Shown here: positions 29,315 to 38,906 of the stretch, in pieces
How the letters are laid out: the number at the start of each line of letters is the position of its first letter
Numbering within the stretch: position 1 is the stretch's first letter
Assembly (NCBI GenBank): GCA_965205485.1
Contig: OZ242180.1
Coordinates: 2,912,001 to 2,976,000, forward strand
Reading direction: 5' to 3'
Source: Candidatus Latescibacterota bacterium
GTDB lineage: Bacteria > Latescibacterota > UBA2968 > GCA-2709665
Length of the DNA: 64,000 nucleotides
Notes under the pieces: model-generated
The model's database searches: none
What the model saw: the letters and a program-made list of their open reading frames with translations, nothing else
Told to the model about the DNA's origin: nothing
Position numbers and translations under genes: made by a program

Positions 29315-29560
29315 TCAATCGTTTACATACTGTGCGATGAAGTCGATGGCGCCACCCACGGTTTGTACGGCCAGGGCTTCATCTTCGTCCATCTCTATAT
29401 CGAACTCCTCTTCGAATCCGGCCATGAGTTCTACCGATTGTACGGATTCGGCGCCCAGATCCGCGGTGAAGCTCTGGTCCTCAGCGACCTCGGTTGTGTC
29501 GATTCCAAGAACCTTCGAGATCACCCGGTACACGCCTGCCTTGATTGATTCGCGATCCAT
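29315..29560 (-). CDS. Acyl carrier protein, atypical attachment motif
   Basis: Acidic 81-aa protein, DLGAESVQSVEL...FEEEFDIEM...TVGGAIDFI; ESV in place of the usual DSL. Confidence 0.88.
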   Translation of the reverse strand: MDRESIKAGVYRVISKVLGIDTTEVAEDQSFTADLGAESVQSVELMAGFEEEFDIEMDEDEALAVQTVGGAIDFIAQYVND

Positions 29561-29641
29561 TTGACGCTCCATGAAAATGCAGGGAATATGGAAGGAAGTC
29601 CCGTCGAGGTGTGATGCAACGGATGGTCTTGACGTCCGGAT

Positions 29642-30394
29642 TTAACCCGATTCGAGCCTTGAAGCCGCTTCGCGGTCCACGATGAACGTACAGTCCGGAT
29701 GGCTCTGCAGAAGACTTGCCGGGCAGTCCGTCGAGGGCGGTCCTTCCAGGGCCTGCGCAACGGCATCTGCCTTTCCGGATCCGGTGGCCAGCAGGAGAAT
29801 ACGCCGCGCCTCCCGAATGGTTCCGATTCCGGCCGATAGGGCGAATCGGGGGACGCTGGCGGCATCCGAGAAGAAACGGCCGTCACTGTTCGACGCAATC
29901 GTACTCGGCGCAAGGTTGACGAGACGCGTGCGGCTGTCCACGGCGCTGCCGGGTTCGTTGAATGCGATGTGACCGTTGGTGCCGATGCCGAGCAGCCACA
30001 GGTCGATACCGCCTGCCGCGAGGATTTTCGTCTCGAAGGCCCTGCACTCCAAATCGGGATTGGCGGCCCTGCCGTTCAGGACGTGGGTATTCCAGGGTCG
30101 AATGTCGATTTTCCGAAAAAGGCGGTCGTCCATAAAATAACGGTAGCTCTGATTGTGATCGCCGTCCAGGCCCCAGTATTCGTCCAGGTTGAAGGAGGTT
30201 ACGCGGGCGAATTGGAGGCCCTCGCTGCGATGCAGATCGGCGAGTCTTTGATAGGTCTGTTCCGGTGTGGATCCCGTGGCCAGGCCGATCGCGGCATCCG
30301 GTGTCGCGCGGATCAGACTGGCGATGGTTTCCGACGCTTTGACCGCCACGTCGGCGCCGGTCTCGCATATCTCGAGTTTGATAGTGCCGGACAT
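29642..30394 (-). CDS. nagB: Glucosamine-6-phosphate deaminase
   Basis: GLATGSTP, FNLDEY, QSYRYFM, LLGIGTNGHIAFNEPGS, PASLLQSHP. Confidence 0.93.
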   Translation of the reverse strand: MSGTIKLEICETGADVAVKASETIASLIRATPDAAIGLATGSTPEQTYQRLADLHRSEGLQFARVTSFNLDEYWGLDGDHNQSYRYFMDDRLFRKIDIRPWNTHVLNGRAANPDLECRAFETKILAAGGIDLWLLGIGTNGHIAFNEPGSAVDSRTRLVNLAPSTIASNSDGRFFSDAASVPRFALSAGIGTIREARRILLLATGSGKADAVAQALEGPPSTDCPASLLQSHPDCTFIVDREAASRLESG

Positions 30395-30654
30395 CGGTTA
30401 CTCCCACCGTGGATCGCCGCATAATGGATTGGCGACTGCCTGAAAAGGAAAGGCAATATACGAAATGGCCGGATTGAAGTAAAGGTTTTTGCCCTCGAAC
30501 CGGGAGTCGCGGAACCGGACGGGAAATCGATAGAAAACGCTTGCCGTCGGGTGCGGCGCAGGATATCTTACCCGCCCTCCTGATTCGATAATGACCGGTT
30601 TTTCAGTGAGATACGCACGCCTGAACTGGAACATGAAGGAAGGAGAATTCACGC

Positions 30655-32577
30655 ATGGCTGGCTATCGTGCGCTTTCGAGGGTTGAGGTCGAGGCGATGG
30701 AACGCAACGGGTGCGCGTCCCCGGATTGGTCTAAGGTGAAAGTAAAACACGGATTCAACCCGGATCGGGTGAAGCGCGTCGGATTCTACGGACAGATAAA
30801 AGTGGGCGCCCTGGAAGGCGCGGTGTCCTTCGCCGGCGCGGATTTGCCCGCGGAAATCTCGGACGCAACCCTGATCGATTGCGTTCTGGGCGACAACGTG
30901 CGGGTGACCCGCGTTCGCGGTCACCTCGCGAACTACAGGATCGGCGATGGCGCGGTCGTAACGGACGTCGGGCAGATGGTGACGCGCGCCGGTGCGGCAT
31001 TCGGAAATGGTGTGGTTTTGGAACCCGTCAACGAGGGCGGCGGACGCGAGGTGCCGATGTTCAACGAGATGTCCAGCCAGTTCGCATACGTGATGAGTAT
31101 GCACCGGTACCGGACGGAGATGACGTTGCGCCTGCAGGAGATCGTCGATGCATACGTCACGGAAATCACCTCGGATACGGGCGTGGTCGGCGAACACGCC
31201 GTCGTCGCGCATGTAAATGAGATTCAGGATGTAAATGTCGGTTGCGGCGCGGAGGTCGTCGGGGCGGCCATGCTGAAGAACGGAACCGTACTGAGCGAGG
31301 CGAACGCGCGCACGCGGGTCGGCGCGTCCGTTGTGGCCGAGGATTTCATAATCGCGGAAGGCTCGAGCGTGGAAAGCGGCGCGATCCTTTCCCGGTGCTT
31401 CATTGGGCAGGGAGTCAAGATCGGCAAGCAGTTTTCGGCTGAGAATTCCCTCTTTTTCGCCAATTCGGAGTGCTTTAACGGCGAAGCCTGCGCCGTGTTC
31501 GGCGGTCCCTACACGGTAACGCACCACAAAAGCACGCTTCTGATCGCGGGACTGTATTCGTTCTACAATGCCGGCAGCGGGACCAACCAGAGCAACCACA
31601 TGTACAAGCTCGGCCCCGTGCATCAGGGTGTACTCGAACGGGGAAGCAAGACGGGATCTTCTTCCTATATGCTCCTGCCGAGCGCGGTCGGACCGTTCAC
31701 CGTTGTCATCGGCAAGCATATGACGAACTTCGATACCCGGGATCTGCCGTTTTCATACATCGTCGAGGAACGGGGCACAAGTTACCTGACGCCCGCGATG
31801 AACCTGCACACGGCCGGTACCGTTCGCGATGGCGACAAGTGGCCGAACCGGGACCGGCGTACGGCATCCGACAGGCGCGACAGGATCCGGTACGAGGTGT
31901 TCAGTCCCTACACGGTCGAGCGGATGATGCGGGGTGAGGCGCTTCTCAACGATCTGTACGACAAGACTCCTCGAGACGTGGATCAGGTGCGCCACAACGG
32001 CGTGAGGATCCGGCGCCTGGTCCTGCGCCACGGCATCAGGAGCTACGCGGCCGCGATCGACCTGTATCTGATTGAAAAGATCCTTCAGCGGGTGGCGAAA
32101 GGAAAGGGGCTGGGCCCGATGGATGGGGAGGCATACGATGAGCGTTGGGCGGACGTGGGCGGTTTGTTGCTTGCGGGGTCACGGCTGGCATCGATTGAAA
32201 CGGATATCGTCTCGGGAGCCATCGACACGGTGGCGGCGTTCAATGCGGCATTCGCGACGGCCGACGGGATGTATGAAAGGGATGAGTGGGCATGGGTGCG
32301 CCGCACGTATCGTGACCGGACTGGCGCCCACGTGGAGGCGCTGACGGAAGACGACCTCGAGGAGATGAAAGCGGCCCACGGGAAGTTGCGCGCCTCGGCC
32401 ACTAAAAGGGTGCTGGCGGATGCGGAAAAGGAGTTTGGCGCCGCCGCCGCAATCGGCTATGGCGTCGACGGCGGTGCGGACGAAGTCGAGGCCGACTTCA
32501 GGGCCGTGCGCGGCGAATATTCGGAGAATTCGTTCGTGCGGGATATGCAGGAACGCGGCTTGCACGAGGTGGATTGA
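30655..32577 (+). CDS. DUF4954 family protein (left-handed beta-helix-like repeats)
   Basis: YRALS..E..AMERNGC, NEGGGREV, GEACAVFGGPYTVTHHKSTLLIAG, GSGTNQSNHMYKLGPVHQG; hexapeptide-like periodicity. Confidence 0.8.
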   Translation: MAGYRALSRVEVEAMERNGCASPDWSKVKVKHGFNPDRVKRVGFYGQIKVGALEGAVSFAGADLPAEISDATLIDCVLGDNVRVTRVRGHLANYRIGDGAVVTDVGQMVTRAGAAFGNGVVLEPVNEGGGREVPMFNEMSSQFAYVMSMHRYRTEMTLRLQEIVDAYVTEITSDTGVVGEHAVVAHVNEIQDVNVGCGAEVVGAAMLKNGTVLSEANARTRVGASVVAEDFIIAEGSSVESGAILSRCFIGQGVKIGKQFSAENSLFFANSECFNGEACAVFGGPYTVTHHKSTLLIAGLYSFYNAGSGTNQSNHMYKLGPVHQGVLERGSKTGSSSYMLLPSAVGPFTVVIGKHMTNFDTRDLPFSYIVEERGTSYLTPAMNLHTAGTVRDGDKWPNRDRRTASDRRDRIRYEVFSPYTVERMMRGEALLNDLYDKTPRDVDQVRHNGVRIRRLVLRHGIRSYAAAIDLYLIEKILQRVAKGKGLGPMDGEAYDERWADVGGLLLAGSRLASIETDIVSGAIDTVAAFNAAFATADGMYERDEWAWVRRTYRDRTGAHVEALTEDDLEEMKAAHGKLRASATKRVLADAEKEFGAAAAIGYGVDGGADEVEADFRAVRGEYSENSFVRDMQERGLHEVD

Positions 32578-32660
32578 AGGACCTCGCGATTCTGTTGAGG
32601 CCGGGACCGTTCACCTGTGGACGGATTGCCCGGCGACTTCAATCCGACAAGGAGTACGGG

Positions 32661-33623
32661 TCAGCAGATCATGCCCTGTTTCGCGCGTATGCCGTGCGCC
32701 GGCGGACGGGCCCCGATCCAGCGTTCGTCCTGAGGTTCGGAGGCGAGCTGATAGCGGGAGTCCGAGGAGATGCGAATCCGGTCGGTTCGGTTGTCGGAGC
32801 TGGCGTGCATCGTATGCATCGAAAAGACAAGCACGTCGCCCAGTTTGTAGTCCGCCGTCAGCCACCGGCCGCCGATCTCGTTTCGAGCCTGTATGGCGTC
32901 GGACGCATACGAACCGGTGGAATTCCATCGGATTCGGGACTGTTCCTCGCCGGTCAGGTCGCGCTTCTGAGTCCTGGCGGTTTCAACGATCCGTCCGGCC
33001 TTGTCTTCGTTGTCGCAGTATTTGTCCACGTCGGTACGCGCGTATGTGTGACGGAGGCGCTCGATCTTGTGTGAATTTTCCAGAATGATCAGGCCGCCCA
33101 TTTCGAAAGGTACGTCGCCCAGCGGGGTCCAGGAGGTGAAGAGGTTGCGGGTTCCGCGGCCCATGTAGACGACGTCGTAGTGGGGTTGGGTGGGAGATGC
33201 GGTTCCCGGCGCCTTGACCCGGAACCATGTATAGTCGAAATGGATGACGGGTCCTCCCAGGAAACGTTCGTAGAAACGGATCATGGGTCCGTCATAGAGG
33301 ACTTTCATCAGCGGCGGATTATCGAGCGTTAAGTCGAACATGGAGCCGAGCCCGCCGCCCGGCTTGTATCTCCCCTCGATGAGTGGAAAGGTTTCGTCCA
33401 CCGAGCCCATCCTGGCGAGGCGTTTCATGACTTCCAGCCGCGCCGCCTGCGCTTCTTCAGGGTCGAGGAGTCCGGGCAGGTAGAGGTAGCCATCGTCTGC
33501 CATTCGGGCGTGCAGCGCGGCAGGATCGCGAAGAATGTCGTCCGAACGCCGCAACTCGCCCACGTCGTTGACGGATCCCGCCATTGAATTCCCGCGAAAA
33601 GTCAGGTCGAGCAGGGCGCTCAT
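32661..33623 (-). CDS. Phytanoyl-CoA dioxygenase (PhyH) family Fe/2OG enzyme
   Basis: DGYLYLPG, PHYDVVYMGRG, WTPLGD, HASSDN...RISSDSRY. Confidence 0.88.
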   Translation of the reverse strand: MSALLDLTFRGNSMAGSVNDVGELRRSDDILRDPAALHARMADDGYLYLPGLLDPEEAQAARLEVMKRLARMGSVDETFPLIEGRYKPGGGLGSMFDLTLDNPPLMKVLYDGPMIRFYERFLGGPVIHFDYTWFRVKAPGTASPTQPHYDVVYMGRGTRNLFTSWTPLGDVPFEMGGLIILENSHKIERLRHTYARTDVDKYCDNEDKAGRIVETARTQKRDLTGEEQSRIRWNSTGSYASDAIQARNEIGGRWLTADYKLGDVLVFSMHTMHASSDNRTDRIRISSDSRYQLASEPQDERWIGARPPAHGIRAKQGMIC

Positions 33624-33749
33624 TCGAATCTCCTGGCGGTTGGTAACTGCGACATGCGAAGACAACGGCAAAATGCTATTAACGTCGGGGTTTAATATGC
33701 CAAAATAGTCTCAGACTGTCAAATCCAATGCCGTGAATCGATAGAAGAA

Positions 33750-34718
33750 TCACGTTGAGTCCTTTCGTGGGCCGAATGAGTCCCGCGACGGTGATGGTAA
33801 CTGTGGAAGCAGTTCGAGCGCGGCATTCAGCACGGCTTCGACCGACAGGGCCGGGAGGTGGCCGCCCGGGGCTTTCAATATACGGGCGAGGGGATGCCGT
33901 GGCGCCCACGTTTCCGCGTCCGTGGGTCCGAACAGGGTGAGTGTCGGTGTGCCGACCGCCGCTGCTATGTGTCCGGGACCGGAGTCGTTTCCAATGAACA
34001 GGTCGGCTGCGTGCAGCAGGGCGGCAAGGCTGCGAAGGTCTCGGGGAACCAGGCAGGGAAGGTGAGCCGGCAGTTCATCGACGACGTCCCGCTCCACGGG
34101 GCCGCATACGGCCATGACGCCCGCTCCGCGAGTGGCGAGTCTGTGGGCAAGTTCGAAATAGGAAGTCAGCGGCCAGCGTTTATCCCGGCCCCCGCTCCCG
34201 GGGTGAATGGCGATCAGAGGGGAGGCCAGACCGTGTTCTCTAAGGATCTCGCCTGCATGAGCCAGTTCATCGACGTCCGGACGGATACGGGGCATCGGGT
34301 CGGAGGTGGGAATGCCCATCCGTCTCAGCGGCGTCAGGAGGTGTTCGACGATGTGCACGCCCCCTTTCGGGCGCGGGTCGTATACGATGGCCCGGCCGCG
34401 GACGATTTCGGCGAGGCGGGACTGAAGGCTGCGTTCCGGGTCGATGGCGTAGGCGATAAGAAGATCGACATCCGAGAAGAGTGCGCGGGTACGTTCAGGG
34501 ACCGGCCCCACAGGGTTGTAAAGACCGGCGACTTCCGCGCTGTTGATGTCGACGAGGTTATTAACAGGGGCGAGATGGAGAATCGACGGGCTGCCGATGA
34601 GTCGGAGGGTTGAGCGCGGGTATGCCGCGCGCAGCGCGTTGACCGCGGGCAGCGTCAGAACAAAGTCTCCGATGGCGCCGCTTCGTATCATCGAAATCTG
34701 TTTTGGATTGACGGGCAT
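33750..34718 (-). CDS. Glycosyltransferase family 9 (heptosyltransferase-like)
   Basis: GAIGDFVL, IHPGSG..KRWP, IGNDSGPGHIAAAVGTPTLTLFGPT. Confidence 0.9.
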   Translation of the reverse strand: MPVNPKQISMIRSGAIGDFVLTLPAVNALRAAYPRSTLRLIGSPSILHLAPVNNLVDINSAEVAGLYNPVGPVPERTRALFSDVDLLIAYAIDPERSLQSRLAEIVRGRAIVYDPRPKGGVHIVEHLLTPLRRMGIPTSDPMPRIRPDVDELAHAGEILREHGLASPLIAIHPGSGGRDKRWPLTSYFELAHRLATRGAGVMAVCGPVERDVVDELPAHLPCLVPRDLRSLAALLHAADLFIGNDSGPGHIAAAVGTPTLTLFGPTDAETWAPRHPLARILKAPGGHLPALSVEAVLNAALELLPQLPSPSRDSFGPRKDST

Positions 34719-34757
34719 ACGGTTGACACCGTAGTCTTTAACGCACGGGAGAGAACG

Positions 34758-35822
34758 ATGGGTGACGTCAAATTACGTGCGGCGGTCATCGGATGCGGCC
34801 GAATGGGCCAGATCTACGCGGAAGCATTTTCAACCTATCCGGATACGGAACTCGTCGCCATCGCCGAGGTCAACGAGGATCGACGCCGGGCGGTGGGCGA
34901 GCGATTCGGGGTCAGGGCGCTGTACCCGGACACGGAAGCCCTGCTGCGTGACGCGGTTCCCGACGTGGCTTCCGTGGTGACACCGGTAAAGTACATTAAA
35001 GATGCCGTGGTGGCGTGCGCGCAGGCGGGTGTAAAAGGGGTGACGGCGGAGAAACCCATCGCCGGTCTGCTGGCCGATGCGGACGAGATGGTTGACGTCT
35101 GCATGAAACGGGACGTCGTGTTCGGCGGGGGAAACCTGCAGCGGGCGATGCACGAGGTGCAGGAGGCGGCCGGTCGGATTCACGCCGGTGAATTCGGCGC
35201 CTTGAGAGGGGCCAGCGTTCACGGATTCGGCGGTGAGATTTCGGGTGGTTGCTGTCAGCATATATCAGTACTGAGGTTGTTTGCCGGTGCGGAAGTCGAG
35301 GAAGTGATGGCCTGGGGAGCGCATGAGGAGGCGCTGGCTGCGGAAACGGATGAGGGTCTTGTTCTTCACGGCTGGTTTCGAATGAGTTCGGGCATCGATT
35401 GCGCGGTATTCGGCACGCCAACACCGTACGGCGGCGTGGATGTGTGGACCGATGATTCCATGGTGCGATGGAACTGGGCGCCGCCGGAGGTCTACCGTGG
35501 ATTTGATCCAGACGGACAACGTATCAAAGAGCAAACGGCGTATGAATCTTACGAATGGAGCGAATTTCAATATCTGACCGGGTCGCTCAGGTCGTTCCTG
35601 GCGGCAGTACGCGGGCGGGGTGAACCGTGGATTACCGGTCATGATCTGCGCCAGGCCCTGGAGGTGTCCATTGCGGCCAGGCAATCGGTGCGCGGCAACA
35701 GTACCCCCATAAGACTTCCTCTCGAAGATCGAACGCTGGCGCTTTTTCCCAGATTGTACAGGTGGGCCGGCGGGGACGTTTCAGGGCGGCCTCAGAGTGT
35801 AGAGGAAGCCAGGGGCGAATGA
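34758..35822 (+). CDS. Gfo/Idh/MocA family oxidoreductase
   Basis: IGCGRMG, VTP, AEKP. Confidence 0.85.
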   Translation: MGDVKLRAAVIGCGRMGQIYAEAFSTYPDTELVAIAEVNEDRRRAVGERFGVRALYPDTEALLRDAVPDVASVVTPVKYIKDAVVACAQAGVKGVTAEKPIAGLLADADEMVDVCMKRDVVFGGGNLQRAMHEVQEAAGRIHAGEFGALRGASVHGFGGEISGGCCQHISVLRLFAGAEVEEVMAWGAHEEALAAETDEGLVLHGWFRMSSGIDCAVFGTPTPYGGVDVWTDDSMVRWNWAPPEVYRGFDPDGQRIKEQTAYESYEWSEFQYLTGSLRSFLAAVRGRGEPWITGHDLRQALEVSIAARQSVRGNSTPIRLPLEDRTLALFPRLYRWAGGDVSGRPQSVEEARGE

Positions 35823-36519
35823 GAGCAGGGCGCCAACGACGCGTTCCAGCCCAACCCGGCGAACGTCGCCCGAGATCCTCCGAAGGTTCCGCAACGACTG
35901 AAACGTCTTCCCGGGTATATGGGTGCAGAAACGCGAGGCGGACGGCCATCAGCGCCAGACGGCGCATACCGAACCGGGCGCGAAAGAACCGGTTCTGCGC
36001 GCCGTCGCCGTACCTGGTGTCGCCGAGAACGGGATGGGAGACGTGGGCCATGTGCCTCCGGATCTGGTGCATGCGGCCGGTATGAGGAACCGCCCGTACC
36101 AATGAGAAACGCGCTGTGTCATGTCTGCCGACGGGCTCCGGAAGTTCGGCCGTTCCCAGCCTGACGAAGTCGGTCACCGCGTCAACCGCTGGATTTTTCC
36201 GGTGTTTGCGCAGGGGATGATCGACCCGTCCGGCCTCGGGCGCAAACCCCCGAACCACGGCCAGATATTCCTTCCGGATGCGTCGCTCTTCGAACAGGAG
36301 GCACATCTTCCTGGCCGCCTCGGAACTCAGCGCGAAGAGAAGCACGCCCGAGGTCGCCCGGTCCAACCTGTGAATCGTGAAAACGGGACGACCCAGTTGC
36401 CTGCCCAGTCGGGACATGCAGTCGGGCTCCCGTCGTCCCAGGGGAGTCGGGTGTACGAAGATGCCGCTCGGTTTGTCAACGGCAACGAAGTGGTCGTCCT
36501 GATAGAGGATTCTAAACAT
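35632..36519 (-). CDS. truC: RluA/TruC family pseudouridine synthase (probable 1-nt frameshift near the C-terminus; repaired stop at 35792)
   Basis: DKPSG, HRLDRATSG, TGRMHQIRRH, GDTRYG, LAFLHP; the protein-like tail TFAGLGW is in another frame after 35870. Confidence 0.8.
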   Translation of the reverse strand: MFRILYQDDHFVAVDKPSGIFVHPTPLGRREPDCMSRLGRQLGRPVFTIHRLDRATSGVLLFALSSEAARKMCLLFEERRIRKEYLAVVRGFAPEAGRVDHPLRKHRKNPAVDAVTDFVRLGTAELPEPVGRHDTARFSLVRAVPHTGRMHQIRRHMAHVSHPVLGDTRYGDGAQNRFFRARFGMRRLALMAVRLAFLHPYTREDVSVVAEPSEDLGRRSPGWAGTRRWRPALIRPWLPLHSEAALKRPRRPTCTIWEKAPAFDLREEVLWGYCCRAPIAWPQWTPPGPGADHDR

Positions 36520-36617
36520 ATTGATCCACCGTTGGACGGTCTATATATTCCATCTGTTCTTCCCCGGGACATGTCTTCAATTCCGCGACTCGAGTTCCCC
36601 CAAAGGAGGCTGACGTT

Positions 36618-37586
36618 TTGGGTTATGACTGTCAGATTTTTACCGGCAACATCAACAGAACCCTGGCCGAGGAGATCTGCCGACACCTCGACATCACTCT
36701 CGGAGAAGCCGAAGTCATCAGTTTCCCCGGAGGGGAAACCGGCGTTCAAATCCGGGAAAACGTGCGCGGCAACGACGTCTACATCGTTCAGCCCATCTGC
36801 GGCAACGGGGAATTCACGCCCAACGACGCCCTGATGGAAATCCTCATCCTCATCGATGCGGCCCGCCGGGCCTCCGCTCGGCGGATCACCGCCGTATTAC
36901 CCTATTACGGGTACGCCCGGCAGGACCGTAAAGACAGGCCGCGGGTGCCGATCACCGCCAAACTGATCGGGAACCTTATCGTTACCGCCGGAGCCAGGAG
37001 GGTCCTTTCGCTGGATCTGCATTCCAACCAGATCCAGGGATTCTTCGACATCCCGATGGATCACCTCTACTCCATCAATGTTTTTGGAAACTACCTGATG
37101 GAAAAAGGCATGGAAAACCTGGTCACGGTCACGCCCGACGTGGGCAACATCAAAATGACCCGGGCTTATTCCGAACTGCTGGATGCGCCGCTCGCTATTG
37201 TCGACAAACGACGCTCGAGCGGAACGCAGACCGAAGTTCTGAATATCATCGGCGACGTGGAAGGAAAGAACGTCGTGATCATCGATGACCTGATATCCAC
37301 GGGCGGGTCGCTTGTGGAGGCCGCTACGGCGCTGAGAAAACAGGGCGCCCTGGACATCAGCGCCGTAATCGTACATCCCGTACTGGCCGGCCCCGCGGTC
37401 GAGCGCGTGGAGAACTCGGTCCTGACGGAACTCGTCGTTTCGAATTCCATTCCGGTGCCTGAAAACGTCCAGAACGGAAAAATCAAGGTGCTTTCCGTTG
37501 CTTCCATCCTGGCGGAAGCCATCCGCCGCATCCACAACGACGAGTCGGTCAGCACGCTCTTCGGCCACGTTCACGTCGAAGGATAG
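36618..37586 (+). CDS. prs: Ribose-phosphate pyrophosphokinase
   Basis: PYYGYARQDRK, DLHSNQIQGFF, DKRR, DDLISTGGSL; AAGGAGG RBS. Confidence 0.96.
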   Translation: MGYDCQIFTGNINRTLAEEICRHLDITLGEAEVISFPGGETGVQIRENVRGNDVYIVQPICGNGEFTPNDALMEILILIDAARRASARRITAVLPYYGYARQDRKDRPRVPITAKLIGNLIVTAGARRVLSLDLHSNQIQGFFDIPMDHLYSINVFGNYLMEKGMENLVTVTPDVGNIKMTRAYSELLDAPLAIVDKRRSSGTQTEVLNIIGDVEGKNVVIIDDLISTGGSLVEAATALRKQGALDISAVIVHPVLAGPAVERVENSVLTELVVSNSIPVPENVQNGKIKVLSVASILAEAIRRIHNDESVSTLFGHVHVEG

Positions 37587-37595
37587 AACGACTGT

Positions 37596-37723
37596 GAAAC
37601 TACGAGAAGACGAAACTACGAAAGGCGAAACTACGAAACTACGAGACTACGAGATTACGAGACTACGAGACTACGAGATTACGAGACTACGAGACTACGA
37701 GATTACGAAGAGAACGAAACTAA
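37596..37723 (+). repeat. 8-bp tandem repeat (GARAYTAC) of about 16 units, family D left arm only
   Basis: Units GAAACTAC/GAGACTAC/GAGATTAC with a higher-order 24-bp period over 37635-37706. Confidence 0.92.
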
Positions 37724-37749
37724 GGAGGCGGCCGCGGTACGGTTCGCGA

Positions 37750-38871
37750 CTACATCACCGAGGCTGCAACCGCATTGCCCACCCGTGGCCGCAGAGGAGC
37801 CGCGCCTTGCGGGTCGTTGGTAAACAATACGCACGTCGTCTCCGTTTCGGGATCCACCCACGCCACCGTGCCGGTCGCCCCCTCGTGTCCGTAGGTGTCG
37901 TCCGAAGTCAGATCGCCGAAGATTGAACTCACCCGATCGCGCAAACGCCATCCCAACCCCCAACGCTGTCTGAATCTGTCCGCCCGGACCAGGTCCGGCA
38001 TCGCCGACGTCTGATCCGTTGTCATTGCGGCAACCGTCGCGGGCTTCAGAATACGGATTCCGTTGAGCGCACCGCCGTACAGAAAGGCCTGACAGAGCGC
38101 CGTCATTTCAGATGTAGTCGTCAAGAGTCCTCCCCACGGGGCGCCGAATCCGCGCCAGTAGTCGGAATTCCAGTTCCACGACACGGCGTCCGCCCCGCCG
38201 TATTCCCCGCTGCGGATCTTGACTTCGGATTCCCGCGGGTTCCGTTTCATTATCCCAAGCGTCGTATCCGCAAGTCCCAACGGATCGAAGAAGGAGCGTT
38301 TCAGGAAGGTCCGGATGGGCGCCGCCTCCAATCGCTGAACGATCTCGCCCAGCATCGCGATACCGCAACTCTGGTAGGATATCCGCGTTCCGGGTTCGAA
38401 AAGCAGTTCCACCCGGCAGATGTGCTGTATGAAGACGTCCAATGGCGCGTGTTCGGACCGCAACGACAGATTCTGCGGGAGCATGTCCGGGAGTCCGGAA
38501 GTGTGGGTCAGGAGATGCCGCACCTGCACGCCCTCCTTGCCCGCCTGACCGAATTCCGGTACGAATTCCGCCACGGGGTCGTCCAGGCAGACCTTGCCCC
38601 GTTCCACGAGCAGCATAACGGCCGCCGCGACGATCGGCTTGGTAATGGATGCAACCAGGAACCGTGTATCCGGCTCAACGGGAGAACCGGCGGGGTCCAG
38701 CGTCCGGCGCCCGAAACACGCCGGCGGAAGGGCGATCCCGCCCCGCGACACCTGCAGCGCGGCGCCCATCAGCTCTCCCCGGACCACCGCCTCCTCCAGT
38801 ATCCCGCAAGCCGACCGGATGCCTTCTTCGGATAAGCCGATCTCGTCCGGGTTCTCCGTATGTCGAATCAT
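37750..38871 (-). CDS. Serine hydrolase, beta-lactamase class C-like
   Basis: ASITK (SxxK), LLTHTSGL, FEPG...YQS, GHEGATG. Confidence 0.9.
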   Translation of the reverse strand: MIRHTENPDEIGLSEEGIRSACGILEEAVVRGELMGAALQVSRGGIALPPACFGRRTLDPAGSPVEPDTRFLVASITKPIVAAAVMLLVERGKVCLDDPVAEFVPEFGQAGKEGVQVRHLLTHTSGLPDMLPQNLSLRSEHAPLDVFIQHICRVELLFEPGTRISYQSCGIAMLGEIVQRLEAAPIRTFLKRSFFDPLGLADTTLGIMKRNPRESEVKIRSGEYGGADAVSWNWNSDYWRGFGAPWGGLLTTTSEMTALCQAFLYGGALNGIRILKPATVAAMTTDQTSAMPDLVRADRFRQRWGLGWRLRDRVSSIFGDLTSDDTYGHEGATGTVAWVDPETETTCVLFTNDPQGAAPLRPRVGNAVAASVM

Positions 38872-38906
38872 TGCGCCTCCCCGGCATGTCAATCCAAAGG
38901 GCCTGA

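Noticed and set aside
27807..29564. 585-aa plus-strand ORF
   Set aside because: Antisense shadow of the DRE-TIM enzyme and ACP genes; long shadow ORFs are expected in high-GC DNA and the same applies to most overlapping ORFs in the track.
37596..37723. Possible CRISPR array (also 13083-13262)
   Set aside because: Units are 8 nt and contiguous, with no unique spacers and no cas genes.
37498..37926. ORF containing (RLRDYEIT)n repeats
   Set aside because: It is the translation of the 8/24-bp DNA tandem repeat and overlaps prs and the serine hydrolase; no sign of a real protein.
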